Shown piece after piece: positions 10,219 through 20,200 of a stretch of DNA of 64,000 nucleotides; the stretch's first letter is position 1, and every line of letters begins with the position of its first letter. The position numbers were made by a program, and so were the translations under genes. The notes beneath the pieces were generated by a model. That model saw only the letters and a program-made list of their open reading frames with translations, ran no database searches and was not told where the DNA came from. This stretch comes from Candidatus Bathyarchaeia archaeon. GTDB lineage: Archaea; Thermoproteota; Bathyarchaeia; 40CM-2-53-6. The stretch is taken from positions 203,859-267,858 of the forward strand of contig DASYWW010000062.1 of NCBI GenBank assembly GCA_035935655.1. The letters run 5' to 3'.

Positions 10219-10766
10219 GCCTCCCGGTGCCGTCCACGATTATCCGTGGCAGAACCTGGGTCTGGCCCGACGACGTGAACACGGACATAATCATCCCATT
10301 CCGGTTCAAAGCCCGTACCAACGACCCTGTCGAGATGGCAAAATATGCCATGTACGGATTCGACCCAGAATTCTACAAGAAAGTCAAACCAGGCGACCTC
10401 TTCGTTGCAGGCCGAAACTTCGGGGGAGGGTCAAGCCGCGAACAGGCACCAGTAGCCATCAAATACTCGGGAGTATCAGCCGTAGTCGCAGAAAGCTTTG
10501 CGAGAATATTCTACCGAAACAGCTTCGCAATTGGCCTACCGGCCCTAGAAGTTCCTGGAATAACAAAGCACGTCAAACAGTTCGACGAGATAGTCGTCAA
10601 CCTCCAAGATTGGTCAGTTGCGACCAAAGACGGGACCGTGTATCATGCTCTGAAGGTTCCCGAGTTTCTCCGGGGCCTAATGCGAGAAGGAGGCCTCGTC
10701 GAGTATTACAAGAAACACAAATCCTTCCCGTGGGAAGGGCTACAAGCAACAGCCAGCACGACCTGA
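10215..10766 (+). CDS. leuD: 3-isopropylmalate/homoaconitate dehydratase small subunit
   Basis: LeuD signature [13 protein letters not shown]. Start ATG at 10215 overlaps the leuC stop. The longer ORF-track start at 10083 is an out-of-context upstream extension. Confidence 0.85.
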   Translation: MSLPVPSTIIRGRTWVWPDDVNTDIIIPFRFKARTNDPVEMAKYAMYGFDPEFYKKVKPGDLFVAGRNFGGGSSREQAPVAIKYSGVSAVVAESFARIFYRNSFAIGLPALEVPGITKHVKQFDEIVVNLQDWSVATKDGTVYHALKVPEFLRGLMREGGLVEYYKKHKSFPWEGLQATASTT

Positions 10767-10825
10767 GCCTGCTTAGAGTTCAGTTAACCTGCTATTTTTC
10801 TCTCAGCTCTTTTTCTAGCTGAGAG
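10767..10825. terminator. Convergent-gene terminator region: T-tracts plus a 9-bp perfect inverted repeat (CTCTCAGCT-N8-AGCTGAGAG)
   Basis: Oligo-T runs (ctatttttctc, ctctttttct) lie between leuD (+) and the isochorismatase gene (-). The hairpin 10800-10825 overlaps the last codons of the minus-strand gene. Confidence 0.3.
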
Positions 10826-11385
10826 ACTGTCATGATACGTGCGAATCGGCGTCTCAGTGCGTATTCTGTGCGTTCTCGTATGGCGTCAACTCCGAGTTCT
10901 TCGCCCGGTTTGTCCCAGTTCGGGATCGGAAAAGTCATCGTTGCTTCCGTGACAAAATCCACCGCATAGCCGAGGTCAGCTGCGATCCTCGCAGTTGTCT
11001 CGCAGCACTGTTCCATCTGGATACCTGTTATGCTGACGCGTCTCACACCTTTCTCTATCAGGTATGGTTGCAGCGTCGTGCTCGTGAAACAGTTCCTGGT
11101 GTTCTTGACCATCACAGGCTCATCTTTTCGAGGCCTGAGAAAGTCCATAAGTTTGAACGACGGGCTATCTTTAGCGAAAGCCTCGTCACTATCGGTGTGC
11201 AAGAAGAAGACTACAGGCAGATGCGCTGCGCGATAAGCTTCGATGAGAGCGCTAACATTCTTTTCAAAGGCTGGGTTGTTGCGTTTTGCCCATCGCGGGC
11301 CAACTTTGAATGAGTCTTGAGCATCAATTACCAGTAGAGCGGATTGTTCGATGGGAACCTGCTTGGGGTCGAGCATGGTTTCCAT
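10792..11385 (-). CDS. Isochorismatase-family cysteine hydrolase (197 aa)
   Basis: Isochorismatase-fold pattern (LLVIDAQ..F...; catalytic Cys region GIQMEQCCETTARIA). Confidence 0.75.
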   Translation of the reverse strand: METMLDPKQVPIEQSALLVIDAQDSFKVGPRWAKRNNPAFEKNVSALIEAYRAAHLPVVFFLHTDSDEAFAKDSPSFKLMDFLRPRKDEPVMVKNTRNCFTSTTLQPYLIEKGVRRVSITGIQMEQCCETTARIAADLGYAVDFVTEATMTFPIPNWDKPGEELGVDAIRERTEYALRRRFARIMTVSQLEKELREK

Positions 11386-11454
11386 CGATCGTGAGTCATC
11401 GTATATACTCGCCGCTTCCAGACTGAGAGTATCAGATCGGAGTAGGGCATTGTT

Positions 11455-12405
11455 ATGAGTCCGAAGAACGAGAGATCCAAGGACCTTCCCAAGCTCAGGG
11501 TTTTCTTCGGCGACCTACGAAAGATGACCTCGAGGGATATCGCCGATGACGCGGTCGCTCTGATTGTCACATCTCCTCCCTACTTCAACGCCCCATTCGA
11601 CTATCCCGATCTTTTCCCGAACTATGATGACTATCTGGGCTTGATCGAATCCTTCGCTTCTCAAAGCAAGAGAGTGTTGGGAAGAGGAAGAATATGCGCG
11701 ATTATCACCGACGATATGCTGGTGAAAGAAGAAGGCGGTACCCGTGGGCGGAAGTATCCATTGGTCGCGGACACAACGAGGATCTTCCTCGACGCTGGGT
11801 TCTTGTATCGCGACAAGATAACCTGGGTTAAGCCCACTGGCTACACTAGGATCAGCAGACGGAGCGGCGTCGTTCTCCAGCACCCATACCCAATGTACTT
11901 CTATCCGGACAATATCCAGGAGTCCATTCTTCTATTCCAGAACGGCGAATTCGACTACAGCCACTTGAAAGACGCGCCAAAGAAAATTCTCGAATCGTCC
12001 AAGATAGACACAGCACAACTCAACAAGGAGAGATGGAACCTGACAGTCTGGAACATAACAAACGTCCTCCCAGTGCCCGGTCGGGTCGAAGAGGGGATCG
12101 CCGCCTTCCCAGAAGAAATTCCCAGGCGACTGATCAAGTTATTCACGATGATTGGAGAGACTGTTTTCGACCCCTTCGCGGGCTCGGGAACGACACTGAA
12201 AGTCGCTAGGGAACTGGGAAGGAAAGGAATCGGGTGCGAAGTCGATCTCGAATTAAAGAAAGTCATGAGGAAGAAACTCGGAAACGAGAGTTTTGTTAGT
12301 GAAGAAAGAGAAGGAGCAAGGCGACTTCGAAACTCGCTCCAGACAAAGGTTCACAGGCGGAGAAGCGTCGTGAAACAACCGGCTTCCGCTGGACTAATCC
12401 TTTAG
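11455..12405 (+). CDS. DNA methyltransferase, beta-class amino-MTase (N4-cytosine or N6-adenine), apparently orphan
   Basis: Motif IV SPPY (LIVTSPPYFNAPFDY) lies N-terminal to motif I FDPFAGSGTT. This IV...I order defines beta-class. No restriction endonuclease-like neighbour. Confidence 0.8.
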   Translation: MSPKNERSKDLPKLRVFFGDLRKMTSRDIADDAVALIVTSPPYFNAPFDYPDLFPNYDDYLGLIESFASQSKRVLGRGRICAIITDDMLVKEEGGTRGRKYPLVADTTRIFLDAGFLYRDKITWVKPTGYTRISRRSGVVLQHPYPMYFYPDNIQESILLFQNGEFDYSHLKDAPKKILESSKIDTAQLNKERWNLTVWNITNVLPVPGRVEEGIAAFPEEIPRRLIKLFTMIGETVFDPFAGSGTTLKVARELGRKGIGCEVDLELKKVMRKKLGNESFVSEEREGARRLRNSLQTKVHRRRSVVKQPASAGLIL

Positions 12406-12458
12406 AACCACCGTGACCATCTTCCCGTAAAACCGGCTAAAGGGGTAGTTGCTCGTCA

Positions 12459-13748
12459 TTGTTCTCGCGCGTAGGCTCCATTCTCGATGAGTACAAGGGC
12501 ATACCTCGTGAAGCCAATCTTCTGATCTATTCCAGTTTTTTCAACTGGGCAGCCGAAGGGCTCTTCTTCATCTCCCTCCAAGTCTTCCTAGTTCTGGAAG
12601 GCATCCCCTTTAGCACGGGAGGCTACATCCTCGGAACCTTTGGGATCGTTAGCGCCGCTTCGACCCTTCTCTTCGGAGGCCTAGCCGACCGCTACGGCAA
12701 GAAGAGGTTCGTAGTCGGAGGCGGAGTACTAGCAGGCCTAGCAATAGCAATCTTCGGCTTAGACGCCAATGTTTCACACTTATTCGGAGCCGCAGTTCTG
12801 GCCGGCCTCTCCGAGGCGATGTATGCATCTTCCTGGGGGGCGATGCTAGCTGACAAGGCAGGGAACTCGAAACGGACCAGCGCCTTCGGCCTCTCATTCT
12901 TCGTTGCAACCATCAGCGCAGCGCTAGGCGGGTTCAGCACCAGCCTCCTCGCCGTCATGAAATCAGTCTACCAGATCGACCTAGTTACTGGAAACAGATA
13001 CCTGTTCGTCGGAATTGCTGCCCTCAGCCTGATCGGCCCGCTGATCGTCTACAGCAAAGTATCCGAGTCCGAACCGCACCTGGGCGAGCGGATGGGATTC
13101 CATATTATACCTAGAAAAGCCCGTCGCATCGTTCTCCGATACGTGATCTACGCATTCACGATTGCAATTGGAGCTGGCATGGTAATCCCCCTCATCTCCG
13201 GCTGGGCCTTTCTCAAATACGGCCTTGCAAACGACATCACTGGACCGATCTTCGGCGGTGTCAACAGCTTAGTAATGGGGGTCGCAAACCTCGCGACCCC
13301 TCGACTGGCCCGACGATTCGGAACGGTTCGGACCATAGTCCTAACCCAAGGCTCGTCCACTCTCTTCCTATTTTCCATGCCCTTCTCGCCGAGCTTCGCC
13401 ATCGCTTCCCCCATCTATATTGTCAGGAGCGCGTTGATGATGATGTCGAACCCGGCGCAGAATTCTCTCCTGATGGGTTTGGTCTCGCCGGAAGAACGGT
13501 CAACCGCTGCAGCCCTCGTCGCCGCCCTGTGGAGGCTGCCCAACTCGATCAGCACCGGCATTGGAGCCTCCATCATGGACATGGGAGCGGGGAATCCTAG
13601 CTCAACCTATCTAGTTTTACCCTTCCTGATCTGCACTGTACTCTATCTCACAGCGATCAGCTACTTCTGGCGGTCATTCAAAGACGTGAGGCTGCCTGAG
13701 GAACGAGTTCTGGAGCCAATTGAGGAACCCGTTCTAGCCACAACCTGA
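12459..13748 (+). CDS. MFS transporter (429 aa)
   Basis: 12-TM hydropathy; MFS loop GGLADRYGKKRF. Confidence 0.8.
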   Translation: MFSRVGSILDEYKGIPREANLLIYSSFFNWAAEGLFFISLQVFLVLEGIPFSTGGYILGTFGIVSAASTLLFGGLADRYGKKRFVVGGGVLAGLAIAIFGLDANVSHLFGAAVLAGLSEAMYASSWGAMLADKAGNSKRTSAFGLSFFVATISAALGGFSTSLLAVMKSVYQIDLVTGNRYLFVGIAALSLIGPLIVYSKVSESEPHLGERMGFHIIPRKARRIVLRYVIYAFTIAIGAGMVIPLISGWAFLKYGLANDITGPIFGGVNSLVMGVANLATPRLARRFGTVRTIVLTQGSSTLFLFSMPFSPSFAIASPIYIVRSALMMMSNPAQNSLLMGLVSPEERSTAAALVAALWRLPNSISTGIGASIMDMGAGNPSSTYLVLPFLICTVLYLTAISYFWRSFKDVRLPEERVLEPIEEPVLATT

Positions 13749-13926
13749 GGCAATACTAGTAAAGCCCAGCCGATGGGTCCCAACCGTGGTTTTTGGACTT
13801 TCTTCGATACTTCGACCTAGCGCCGGAAGTTACGACCCACTTTAGTCGCTGACAGAACTATCCTCGTTCACAGTTCACGCTTTACCGAGAGGACATACCA
13901 CGCGATATTCCAACATCTTTCGATGT

Positions 13927-15459
13927 ATGTTTCTTCTCGTGGTTATCCTTGTCCCAGTCCTCTCGTCTAACATGATTCCGAGGGCCCATGCCGATCCCCC
14001 ATTCTCTCTAAGCGCCGTGCCCGCCTATGCATCGGAGGGAAGCACCGTCAGCCTTGTTCTATCTGCAATTGGTGCCGTCCCCAATGTCCAGTACAGGTTT
14101 AGATTCTCCGTAGCCGATCCCGCCGGCAGCACAGTCCAATCCCTGCAGAACTATACGACCGTCCCGGGCCAGTACAGCTTCAACATCGTTGTGGCATACC
14201 CGGGTCCTTCACTCGCTGGAACGAACTCCCTGGTCGGCCAGTACAACGCCAAGGTTGATGAACTCTTTCCCACTGCAGCACCGGGCGTGGCTGGGACCTC
14301 TTTCATCTTCAGCATCACTGATAGTTCCTCGTATCAGAGAACGCAGACCATATTCGTACAGGCAAGCGGGTACAGCGTGTCAGAAAGCGTCACCATAACG
14401 ATCAGGACCCAGACTACCTCCACCCTCGTATTCTCGGCATTAGTAGCAGCCACTAGCACGGGGCTCGCAGCGGCAAGCTGGAAGATTCCAGTGAATGCGA
14501 CGATCGACAATTACATCGTAACAGTAACCGGGACCAGCACCGTCAAGAATCCGGCTGATCGCCAAACTGTTGGGGTAGGCCGGGCGATCATGATCATCAA
14601 CTCGATTACATCTGTCAAATCAGTCTACCAGAGGACTGAGACGATGAACTTCTTCTTCCAGCCCACTTATCCAGACGGGTCGATTCCCTCGACCGGAGTC
14701 GGTCTTCTGGCCCTCGCCGGGCCCGGCGGCAAGAGTGTCACTCTTACTGCAACATACGACAGTCCATCTCAGACTTTTGAGGCGTCCTACCAGACCTTCT
14801 TGGATAATCAGACAGGGACGTGGACGGCAAGCTTGGGGGGACATGCTTACAGTGATGCCTATGGGAACAATGGTCCGGGAACAATAGTCAATACCAGACC
14901 GCAGCTGACAACTGTTCCGCTGACTATCAGCGTGACGACCAACACAACCATCGCTGTTGGTCAACAGCTCAAGTTCAATGCGACAGTCACGTATCCCGAC
15001 GGGACAATTTTCCAGTCGGGCATCGTCAGAGCTTACCTACTCTACAGCGGATCACCAGTGGTTAACAATACTGTGCCTGTTGTTTTCGACACGACCTTGA
15101 GCAGATGGATCGGGACATATACAATCCGATCTTCGGACACTGGGGGACTTTGGTCCCTAATCGTTAAGGCATCAGACTTCCCGACACCTCCCAACACTGG
15201 CTCTGCATCAAGGGCTATCACTGTCCAGAATTCGACCGGCGGGAATTCATCCTTACCCCTCTTCTATTTCGGAATCATAGCCGCACTGTTAGCCCTCCTA
15301 CTAGGAGCTCTCTTTCTAGCGTTCAGAAGACGCAAAACAACGCACGCTAGGCTGAAAATTGACCTGGAAGCTGTCCGGACAGAAGCAGGACGAATAGAGA
15401 GTTCAGACTTCTTCCAGTCTGTAAAGGATCAAGTCAAGAAGGAAAAGGATGACAAATGA
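13927..15459 (+). CDS. Secreted Thr/Ser-rich cell-surface protein with N-terminal signal peptide and a single C-terminal TM anchor plus short cytoplasmic tail (510 aa)
   Basis: Signal-peptide-like N-terminus, long T/S/V-rich beta-type ectodomain, C-terminal LPLFYFGIIAALLALLLGALFLAF followed by RRRK... Confidence 0.6.
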   Translation: MFLLVVILVPVLSSNMIPRAHADPPFSLSAVPAYASEGSTVSLVLSAIGAVPNVQYRFRFSVADPAGSTVQSLQNYTTVPGQYSFNIVVAYPGPSLAGTNSLVGQYNAKVDELFPTAAPGVAGTSFIFSITDSSSYQRTQTIFVQASGYSVSESVTITIRTQTTSTLVFSALVAATSTGLAAASWKIPVNATIDNYIVTVTGTSTVKNPADRQTVGVGRAIMIINSITSVKSVYQRTETMNFFFQPTYPDGSIPSTGVGLLALAGPGGKSVTLTATYDSPSQTFEASYQTFLDNQTGTWTASLGGHAYSDAYGNNGPGTIVNTRPQLTTVPLTISVTTNTTIAVGQQLKFNATVTYPDGTIFQSGIVRAYLLYSGSPVVNNTVPVVFDTTLSRWIGTYTIRSSDTGGLWSLIVKASDFPTPPNTGSASRAITVQNSTGGNSSLPLFYFGIIAALLALLLGALFLAFRRRKTTHARLKIDLEAVRTEAGRIESSDFFQSVKDQVKKEKDDK

Positions 15460-15474
15460 AACAATCTCTAGCAG

Positions 15475-16701
15475 CTAAGGTAGTATTCCGCCGATCTTCG
15501 CCAAAGTTGCCAGTCCCGGTTTCTTCTCGAAGATCCCTGCAGTAATCTCCAGCGCTTTCTTTTGCAGCTTCTTGTCCTTGCTCAGTCTCCGCAGCGCCCT
15601 TTTGTTCAACCGTTTTATCAGCCAGTTATCGCTCAACGCGTACGTCACAGTATAATTCGCATGTTTTCCGATCACCTCAGCGTGCATTTTCCGATCAGTC
15701 TGGTATGCGAGCAAAGCCGTTTGTGAGAAGTCGCCTGCCACCTTACACTTGTCGATCACAGTAGCCAGGCTGACAGCGTCCGCCAATGCGAGATTGACTC
15801 CCTGACCCGCGTGCGGATGAATCGTATGCGCAGAGTCACCGAGCAGCGCAACACCGTTTCCAACCCATCTGTCGACCTTAACGAACGAGGGCGTGAAGTA
15901 CGCCATTTTCGTCCACATCTCTACTCCGGACAGCGCGTCGGCCATTTCTGGAGCGGCCTCAACAATTTCTGACCTGAGAGCTGCTAAACCCTGCTTCTTG
16001 ACGCTGTCAAAGCTGCGCGAGCCGACGCAGTGGAAGAAGTACGTAGTCTCCGGACCCGAAGGCATGATTCCCAGCATTTTTCCCGGGTGCTGGTACTGAC
16101 GGGCTCTGCCCTCTAGGCCCGAGATTTGGCCTGCAAGTCCTACAAGAAATGAGTCTGGGTATTTCTTGGTCTTCACTTCTACACCTAGACTAGCGCGTAT
16201 TCTTGACTGGGGTCCATCGGCCCCTACAACAACCGAAGCGTGGATCTGATCATTCACGCCATCGATCTCGAAGAGAGCGCCGTCCACCCTGCCCTCGGTG
16301 GTTGTTAGTTCTTGGAAGGATGTTCCCCAGAGCACCTTCGCTCCAGCCTTCTCGGCGAGATATACCAGCAACCGTTCTACCTCGGTCGCGTTCGCGGTCA
16401 AGAGATAATTCTGAGGATGTTCCAACAAGCCATAGTCTGCCTCCAGCAAAACCTCCCCCGCCCAATTCTTCACTTCCAAAATCTGAGAAGCAGAACCAAC
16501 TTCTTTCGCCCGACCGAGTGCTCCAAGCTTCTCTAGAACAGCCAAACCGTTTGGTTGAAAGGTCAAACCTCGGGGAATGCCCTCCGGGCTTTTCTGCCGT
16601 TCGAGAAGGATCGTTGAGATTCCCTTGTTCTGCAATTCTATTGCGAGAGCGAGGGCCGCGATTCCTGCTCCCACAACTACGACATCAGTCTGCCCGGGCA
16701 A
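15475..16701 (-). CDS. FAD-dependent monooxygenase (UbiH/COQ6/salicylate-hydroxylase-like flavoprotein)
   Basis: N-terminal dinucleotide-binding site VVVVGAGIAALALA and the flavoprotein-hydroxylase motif GDSAHTIHPHAGQGVNLALADA. Confidence 0.75.
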   Translation of the reverse strand: MPGQTDVVVVGAGIAALALAIELQNKGISTILLERQKSPEGIPRGLTFQPNGLAVLEKLGALGRAKEVGSASQILEVKNWAGEVLLEADYGLLEHPQNYLLTANATEVERLLVYLAEKAGAKVLWGTSFQELTTTEGRVDGALFEIDGVNDQIHASVVVGADGPQSRIRASLGVEVKTKKYPDSFLVGLAGQISGLEGRARQYQHPGKMLGIMPSGPETTYFFHCVGSRSFDSVKKQGLAALRSEIVEAAPEMADALSGVEMWTKMAYFTPSFVKVDRWVGNGVALLGDSAHTIHPHAGQGVNLALADAVSLATVIDKCKVAGDFSQTALLAYQTDRKMHAEVIGKHANYTVTYALSDNWLIKRLNKRALRRLSKDKKLQKKALEITAGIFEKKPGLATLAKIGGILP

Positions 16702-16777
16702 TTTTTTTACCTGGCCTCCCTCCGAGCCGATCAGGTTGATATCTTAAAATCATGCCGGAACCCTTCGACAGGTAGAC

Positions 16778-17416
16778 TTGAGCAGAATTCACGGACAAGG
16801 CTCTACCGAGAAGCTAACACTCTACGATCCCGGAATGTCAGTTGCACCCCACGTCTACAACAACGATAGACGATACGCTGTCATAGTCGTCGACATGCTC
16901 TACGACTTCGTCTATGGAAAGATCAAGACCGATCGGGCCCTACCGATAATCCCGAAATCTGGAGAACTAACCGATGCGGCGCGTAGTACCGACGTCCCGG
17001 TTTTCTATCCTAACGATTCTCACACACGCCGAGACTTTGAGATCCAGCGCTGGGGCGAGCACGCCATGAGAGGGACTAAGGGCGCAAAAGTGATCGGTGC
17101 TCTTAGACCGAGAAAGAGGGATGTTGAGATCCCCAAGACAACCTACAGCAGCTTCCACGACACGAGACTCGAGAAGGAACTGAAAAAGGCCTACAATGGC
17201 AAGGGCGCAAACACGCTGATACTCGCAGGGCTACACGCGGACTGCTGCGTGAGACATACGTGCGCGGACGCTTTCTTCAAGGGCTACGAGACCATCGTCG
17301 CCGAGGACGCCGTCAACTCCTTCACCGAACTACAATACCGAACAGGATTACAATACGTCAAATTTTGGTACCTGACAGACGTGCTTGCGACAAAGAAAAT
17401 CACGAAGTTATTCTAG
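16778..17416 (+). CDS. Isochorismatase-family hydrolase (nicotinamidase/PncA-like or ureidoacrylate-amidohydrolase-like)
   Basis: Isochorismatase fold pattern (AVIVVDMLYDF..., LILAGLHADCCVRHT with catalytic Cys). Confidence 0.7.
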   Translation: MSRIHGQGSTEKLTLYDPGMSVAPHVYNNDRRYAVIVVDMLYDFVYGKIKTDRALPIIPKSGELTDAARSTDVPVFYPNDSHTRRDFEIQRWGEHAMRGTKGAKVIGALRPRKRDVEIPKTTYSSFHDTRLEKELKKAYNGKGANTLILAGLHADCCVRHTCADAFFKGYETIVAEDAVNSFTELQYRTGLQYVKFWYLTDVLATKKITKLF

Positions 17417-18392
17417 GAAGCGATCGGGCTCGAAGAAGCCCACCCGTGTCATCATCGACCAGGACGGAGGAATAGACGACGCTCTCGCCCTCATCCTCGC
17501 GCTGCGCTCTCCAGAACTTGAAGTCACTGCCATAACAGCAGTCTCCGGAAACGTAACTGTGGAGCAGGCGACGCTAAACGGACTGCGAGTCGTTGATCTC
17601 CTCAACAGAGGAGACGTGCCGGTCGCTCGAGGACAAGGAAACCCGCTTGTACGAAATGCAGTTCGGGCTACAGGCTTCCATGGAAAAGATGGGCTCGGAG
17701 ATTCCAACCTACCGGTTTCAAAGATTCGTCCCGCGGAAAGGAACGCCATAGATACGATCAAGCAGGAGCTGAGTATCTCAAAGAGTCGCGACATAACAAT
17801 AATCTGTACTGGCCCTCTAACCAATATCGCCGCCCTACTAACCAGTTTTCCCGGTGCTGCCAAAATGATCAAGGAACTCGTGATTATGGGCGGAGCCTAT
17901 GGCGTGACAAAATATGGCGTTGGAAATGTGACTCCCCTGGCTGAATTCAACATCTACGCGGACCCTGAGGCGGCAAAGATCGTGTTCGAATCCGGCGTTC
18001 CCTTGATCGCGATTGGCCTCGATGTAACAATGATTCCCAAGAACCAGTTGACCCTAACGGAATATGCCCTCATAAAGAAGAGCAGGGGTAGAGTTGCAGC
18101 CTTCGCCGTCACGATTCTCAACAAGAACATACACAAACACAGAATCTTCGCGTTACACGATCCGATGACCGTCGCTACCAAGATCAAACCCTCACTCTTC
18201 GAGTATGCTAATTACCATACACAGGTTGAGACGAAAGGCGAATTCACAGATGGCATGACCGTCGCAGACAGGCGTGGATGGCTGCCGGAGAACGTGATGA
18301 AAGGCGAAAAAACGATAATTTGTAGAAACGTTGATTCCAAGGGCTTCAAAAAACTGTTTCTAGATCGTATGGTCGGTGGCCCGAGTGGCTGA
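17385..18392 (+). CDS. Inosine/uridine-preferring nucleoside hydrolase family protein; the annotated TTG start overlaps the upstream gene by 32 nt and the true start is uncertain
   Basis: The DXDXXXDD nucleoside-hydrolase Ca-binding motif (VIIDQDGGIDDALAL) and the rest of the fold signature. Confidence 0.8.
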   Translation: MRQRKSRSYSRKRSGSKKPTRVIIDQDGGIDDALALILALRSPELEVTAITAVSGNVTVEQATLNGLRVVDLLNRGDVPVARGQGNPLVRNAVRATGFHGKDGLGDSNLPVSKIRPAERNAIDTIKQELSISKSRDITIICTGPLTNIAALLTSFPGAAKMIKELVIMGGAYGVTKYGVGNVTPLAEFNIYADPEAAKIVFESGVPLIAIGLDVTMIPKNQLTLTEYALIKKSRGRVAAFAVTILNKNIHKHRIFALHDPMTVATKIKPSLFEYANYHTQVETKGEFTDGMTVADRRGWLPENVMKGEKTIICRNVDSKGFKKLFLDRMVGGPSG

Positions 18393-18422
18393 TTCATCAA
18401 AAAGGGCGTTTTAGAGCCTCGT

Positions 18423-18815
18423 GTGAGAACTTTTAAACTCAATATTTGGCAATATACAGCTACTATGCCAAAGGAAATCGGCCACATAGAACTGATATCA
18501 AAGGATCTCATGGCGACAAAGAAGTTCTACTCCAAACTCTTCGGCTGGAAATTCGAAATGTTCGGCGACGGTTATGCAATGTTCAAGACCAGTAAGAAAG
18601 GCGTTGGCGGCGGCTTCATGCTCGGCAAGAAAGTCAAACCGGGCTCAACAACATTCTACGTCAACGTAGACACCATACCAGCAACCCAGCAAAAAGCAAA
18701 GAGCCTCGGCGGACGAATCCTAAAGAAGAGAAAGGCTATCGGCGGCGGGATGGGCTACTGGGGAACTATCGGCGATCCCCACGGTAACGTCATCGGCCTC
18801 TGGAGCCCCAAGTAA
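18423..18815 (+). CDS. VOC (glyoxalase/bleomycin-resistance/dioxygenase) family protein
   Basis: Typical paired beta-alpha-beta-beta-beta modules (IGHIELISKD...FGWKF ... GDPHGNVIGLW). Confidence 0.7.
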   Translation: MRTFKLNIWQYTATMPKEIGHIELISKDLMATKKFYSKLFGWKFEMFGDGYAMFKTSKKGVGGGFMLGKKVKPGSTTFYVNVDTIPATQQKAKSLGGRILKKRKAIGGGMGYWGTIGDPHGNVIGLWSPK

Positions 18816-19038
18816 CCATCGAACGTGCCACGCGTTCCCAGTAACGCGCTAGCCTAGCGCGCAGTATCAAACTCCCTTTTTTCGCCCATTCAGACCCCTT
18901 TCAAAGGGTCCACCACTGGAATCGTCAAACCTGACGAAAGACTATCGAAAACCAATCCTGCTACTCTTCTTTCTCTCTCCGCTGATCGGCGAGGGACTCT
19001 CGGGATCAACTCCTCCGCTAGCATTCCTCAACCCGGCC

Positions 19039-19932
19039 GTGACCCTTCTACTAGCCTGTCTCTACGGAAGTGGCGCCCTCCTGGTTCGGGACTATGCCCG
19101 GCGATGGCGGAAGGGTTGGCGGTCCATCCTGATCCTCGGTGCCGCTTACGGAATAATCGAGGAGGGAATAATGGTCCGCAGCTTCTTTAGCCCCACATGG
19201 AAAGATCTTGGACTACTAGCAACTTACGGACGCTGGCTAGGGACAAACTGGGTCTGGACCGAATGGCTCTCAATCTACCATGCAATCTTCAGCATCACCA
19301 TCCCCATCTTCCTTGTCGAACTGACTTATCCGCAATCCAAGACTCGGATATGGCTCTCGTCAAGAATGCGTATCCTTTTTCACGGGCTACTGGTTCTCGC
19401 GATAATTCTTGGGTTCTTCGCCTTCCCATATGATCCTGGTGTGCTCGCTACAGCAGGTTGCATCGCAGCAGTTGTTGGACTAGGCTGGCTGGCGAAGAAG
19501 ATCCCGAATATTTCTCCCACGCAGCGAAATCTCAGAGTATCATGGAAGATACTCATACCGCTCGGATTCTCTGTGCCGACAATTTTCTTCTTCCTCTTCA
19601 CCAGCGCAATAATCCCCCTTGCCATTGGGACAATGATCGTTGGAGCGATTCTCGTTCTAGGCTACGAGAGATTGTTAACTAGATGGGCGAAGGTGGGATT
19701 CAGTGACCTCCAGAAGCTGGGACTAATGACCGGCGCACTCGGCTTCTTCGCAGCCTTCTTCGACTTCATCCTCGAAACTATAGGACGACTGGGAACAAGC
19801 GCTCTCGGAGTCGCCTTCATCATCTATCTCCTCTGGATAAGAAAGAAGATCATCCTACAACTTCCGCAGAAACAGTCCTTCGTTCAACTAGGATCTGGAA
19901 TGCCCGAGCCCCGCGAGCCCGGGCTAAGATAG
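19039..19932 (+). CDS. Polytopic membrane protein of unknown function (about 8 TM); start uncertain, since the in-frame upstream translation is also hydrophobic
   Basis: Hydropathy only. Confidence 0.45.
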   Translation: MTLLLACLYGSGALLVRDYARRWRKGWRSILILGAAYGIIEEGIMVRSFFSPTWKDLGLLATYGRWLGTNWVWTEWLSIYHAIFSITIPIFLVELTYPQSKTRIWLSSRMRILFHGLLVLAIILGFFAFPYDPGVLATAGCIAAVVGLGWLAKKIPNISPTQRNLRVSWKILIPLGFSVPTIFFFLFTSAIIPLAIGTMIVGAILVLGYERLLTRWAKVGFSDLQKLGLMTGALGFFAAFFDFILETIGRLGTSALGVAFIIYLLWIRKKIILQLPQKQSFVQLGSGMPEPREPGLR

Positions 19933-20163
19933 CTCCGTGAAGAAAGATCTTGAACTTGCTAGCCCATTTTTGACGATCTTTTTTCCAAACATTCTTTTTC
20001 ATTGGGGCCCCGGGGTGGTCGAATTTCGCGTGCCCGCGCCCTTCATGAAACGCGGATGCGCGGTGCAGAGACCCTAGGTAGGTCTGTAGCCAGATAGCTT
20101 CAAAACCCGGAAAACTCCCTAAAACTGGCAGGAATCGCCCAAACTCGGCGAGAATGGAATGTG

Positions 20164-20170
20164 TTATATA
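20164..20170 (+). promoter_or_regulatory. TATA-box-like element (TTATATA) about 31-37 bp upstream of the ATG of gene 20201..20602
   Basis: AT-rich heptamer in an otherwise GC-balanced leader. It is duplicated in the paralogous leader. Confidence 0.4.
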
Positions 20171-20200
20171 GAGTCCAATCGAGTCAAACCTTGACCAGAA

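Noticed and set aside
10076-10822. 248-aa Arg/Pro-rich ORF in an alternative plus frame
   Set aside because: It overlaps the leuC 3' end and leuD in another frame. Its composition (R/P/S-rich) is typical of off-frame translation of GC-rich coding sequence.
16203-16739. 178-aa Arg/Pro-rich ORF on the plus strand
   Set aside because: It is antisense to the FAD-monooxygenase gene (15475..16701). Low-complexity R/P/S composition.
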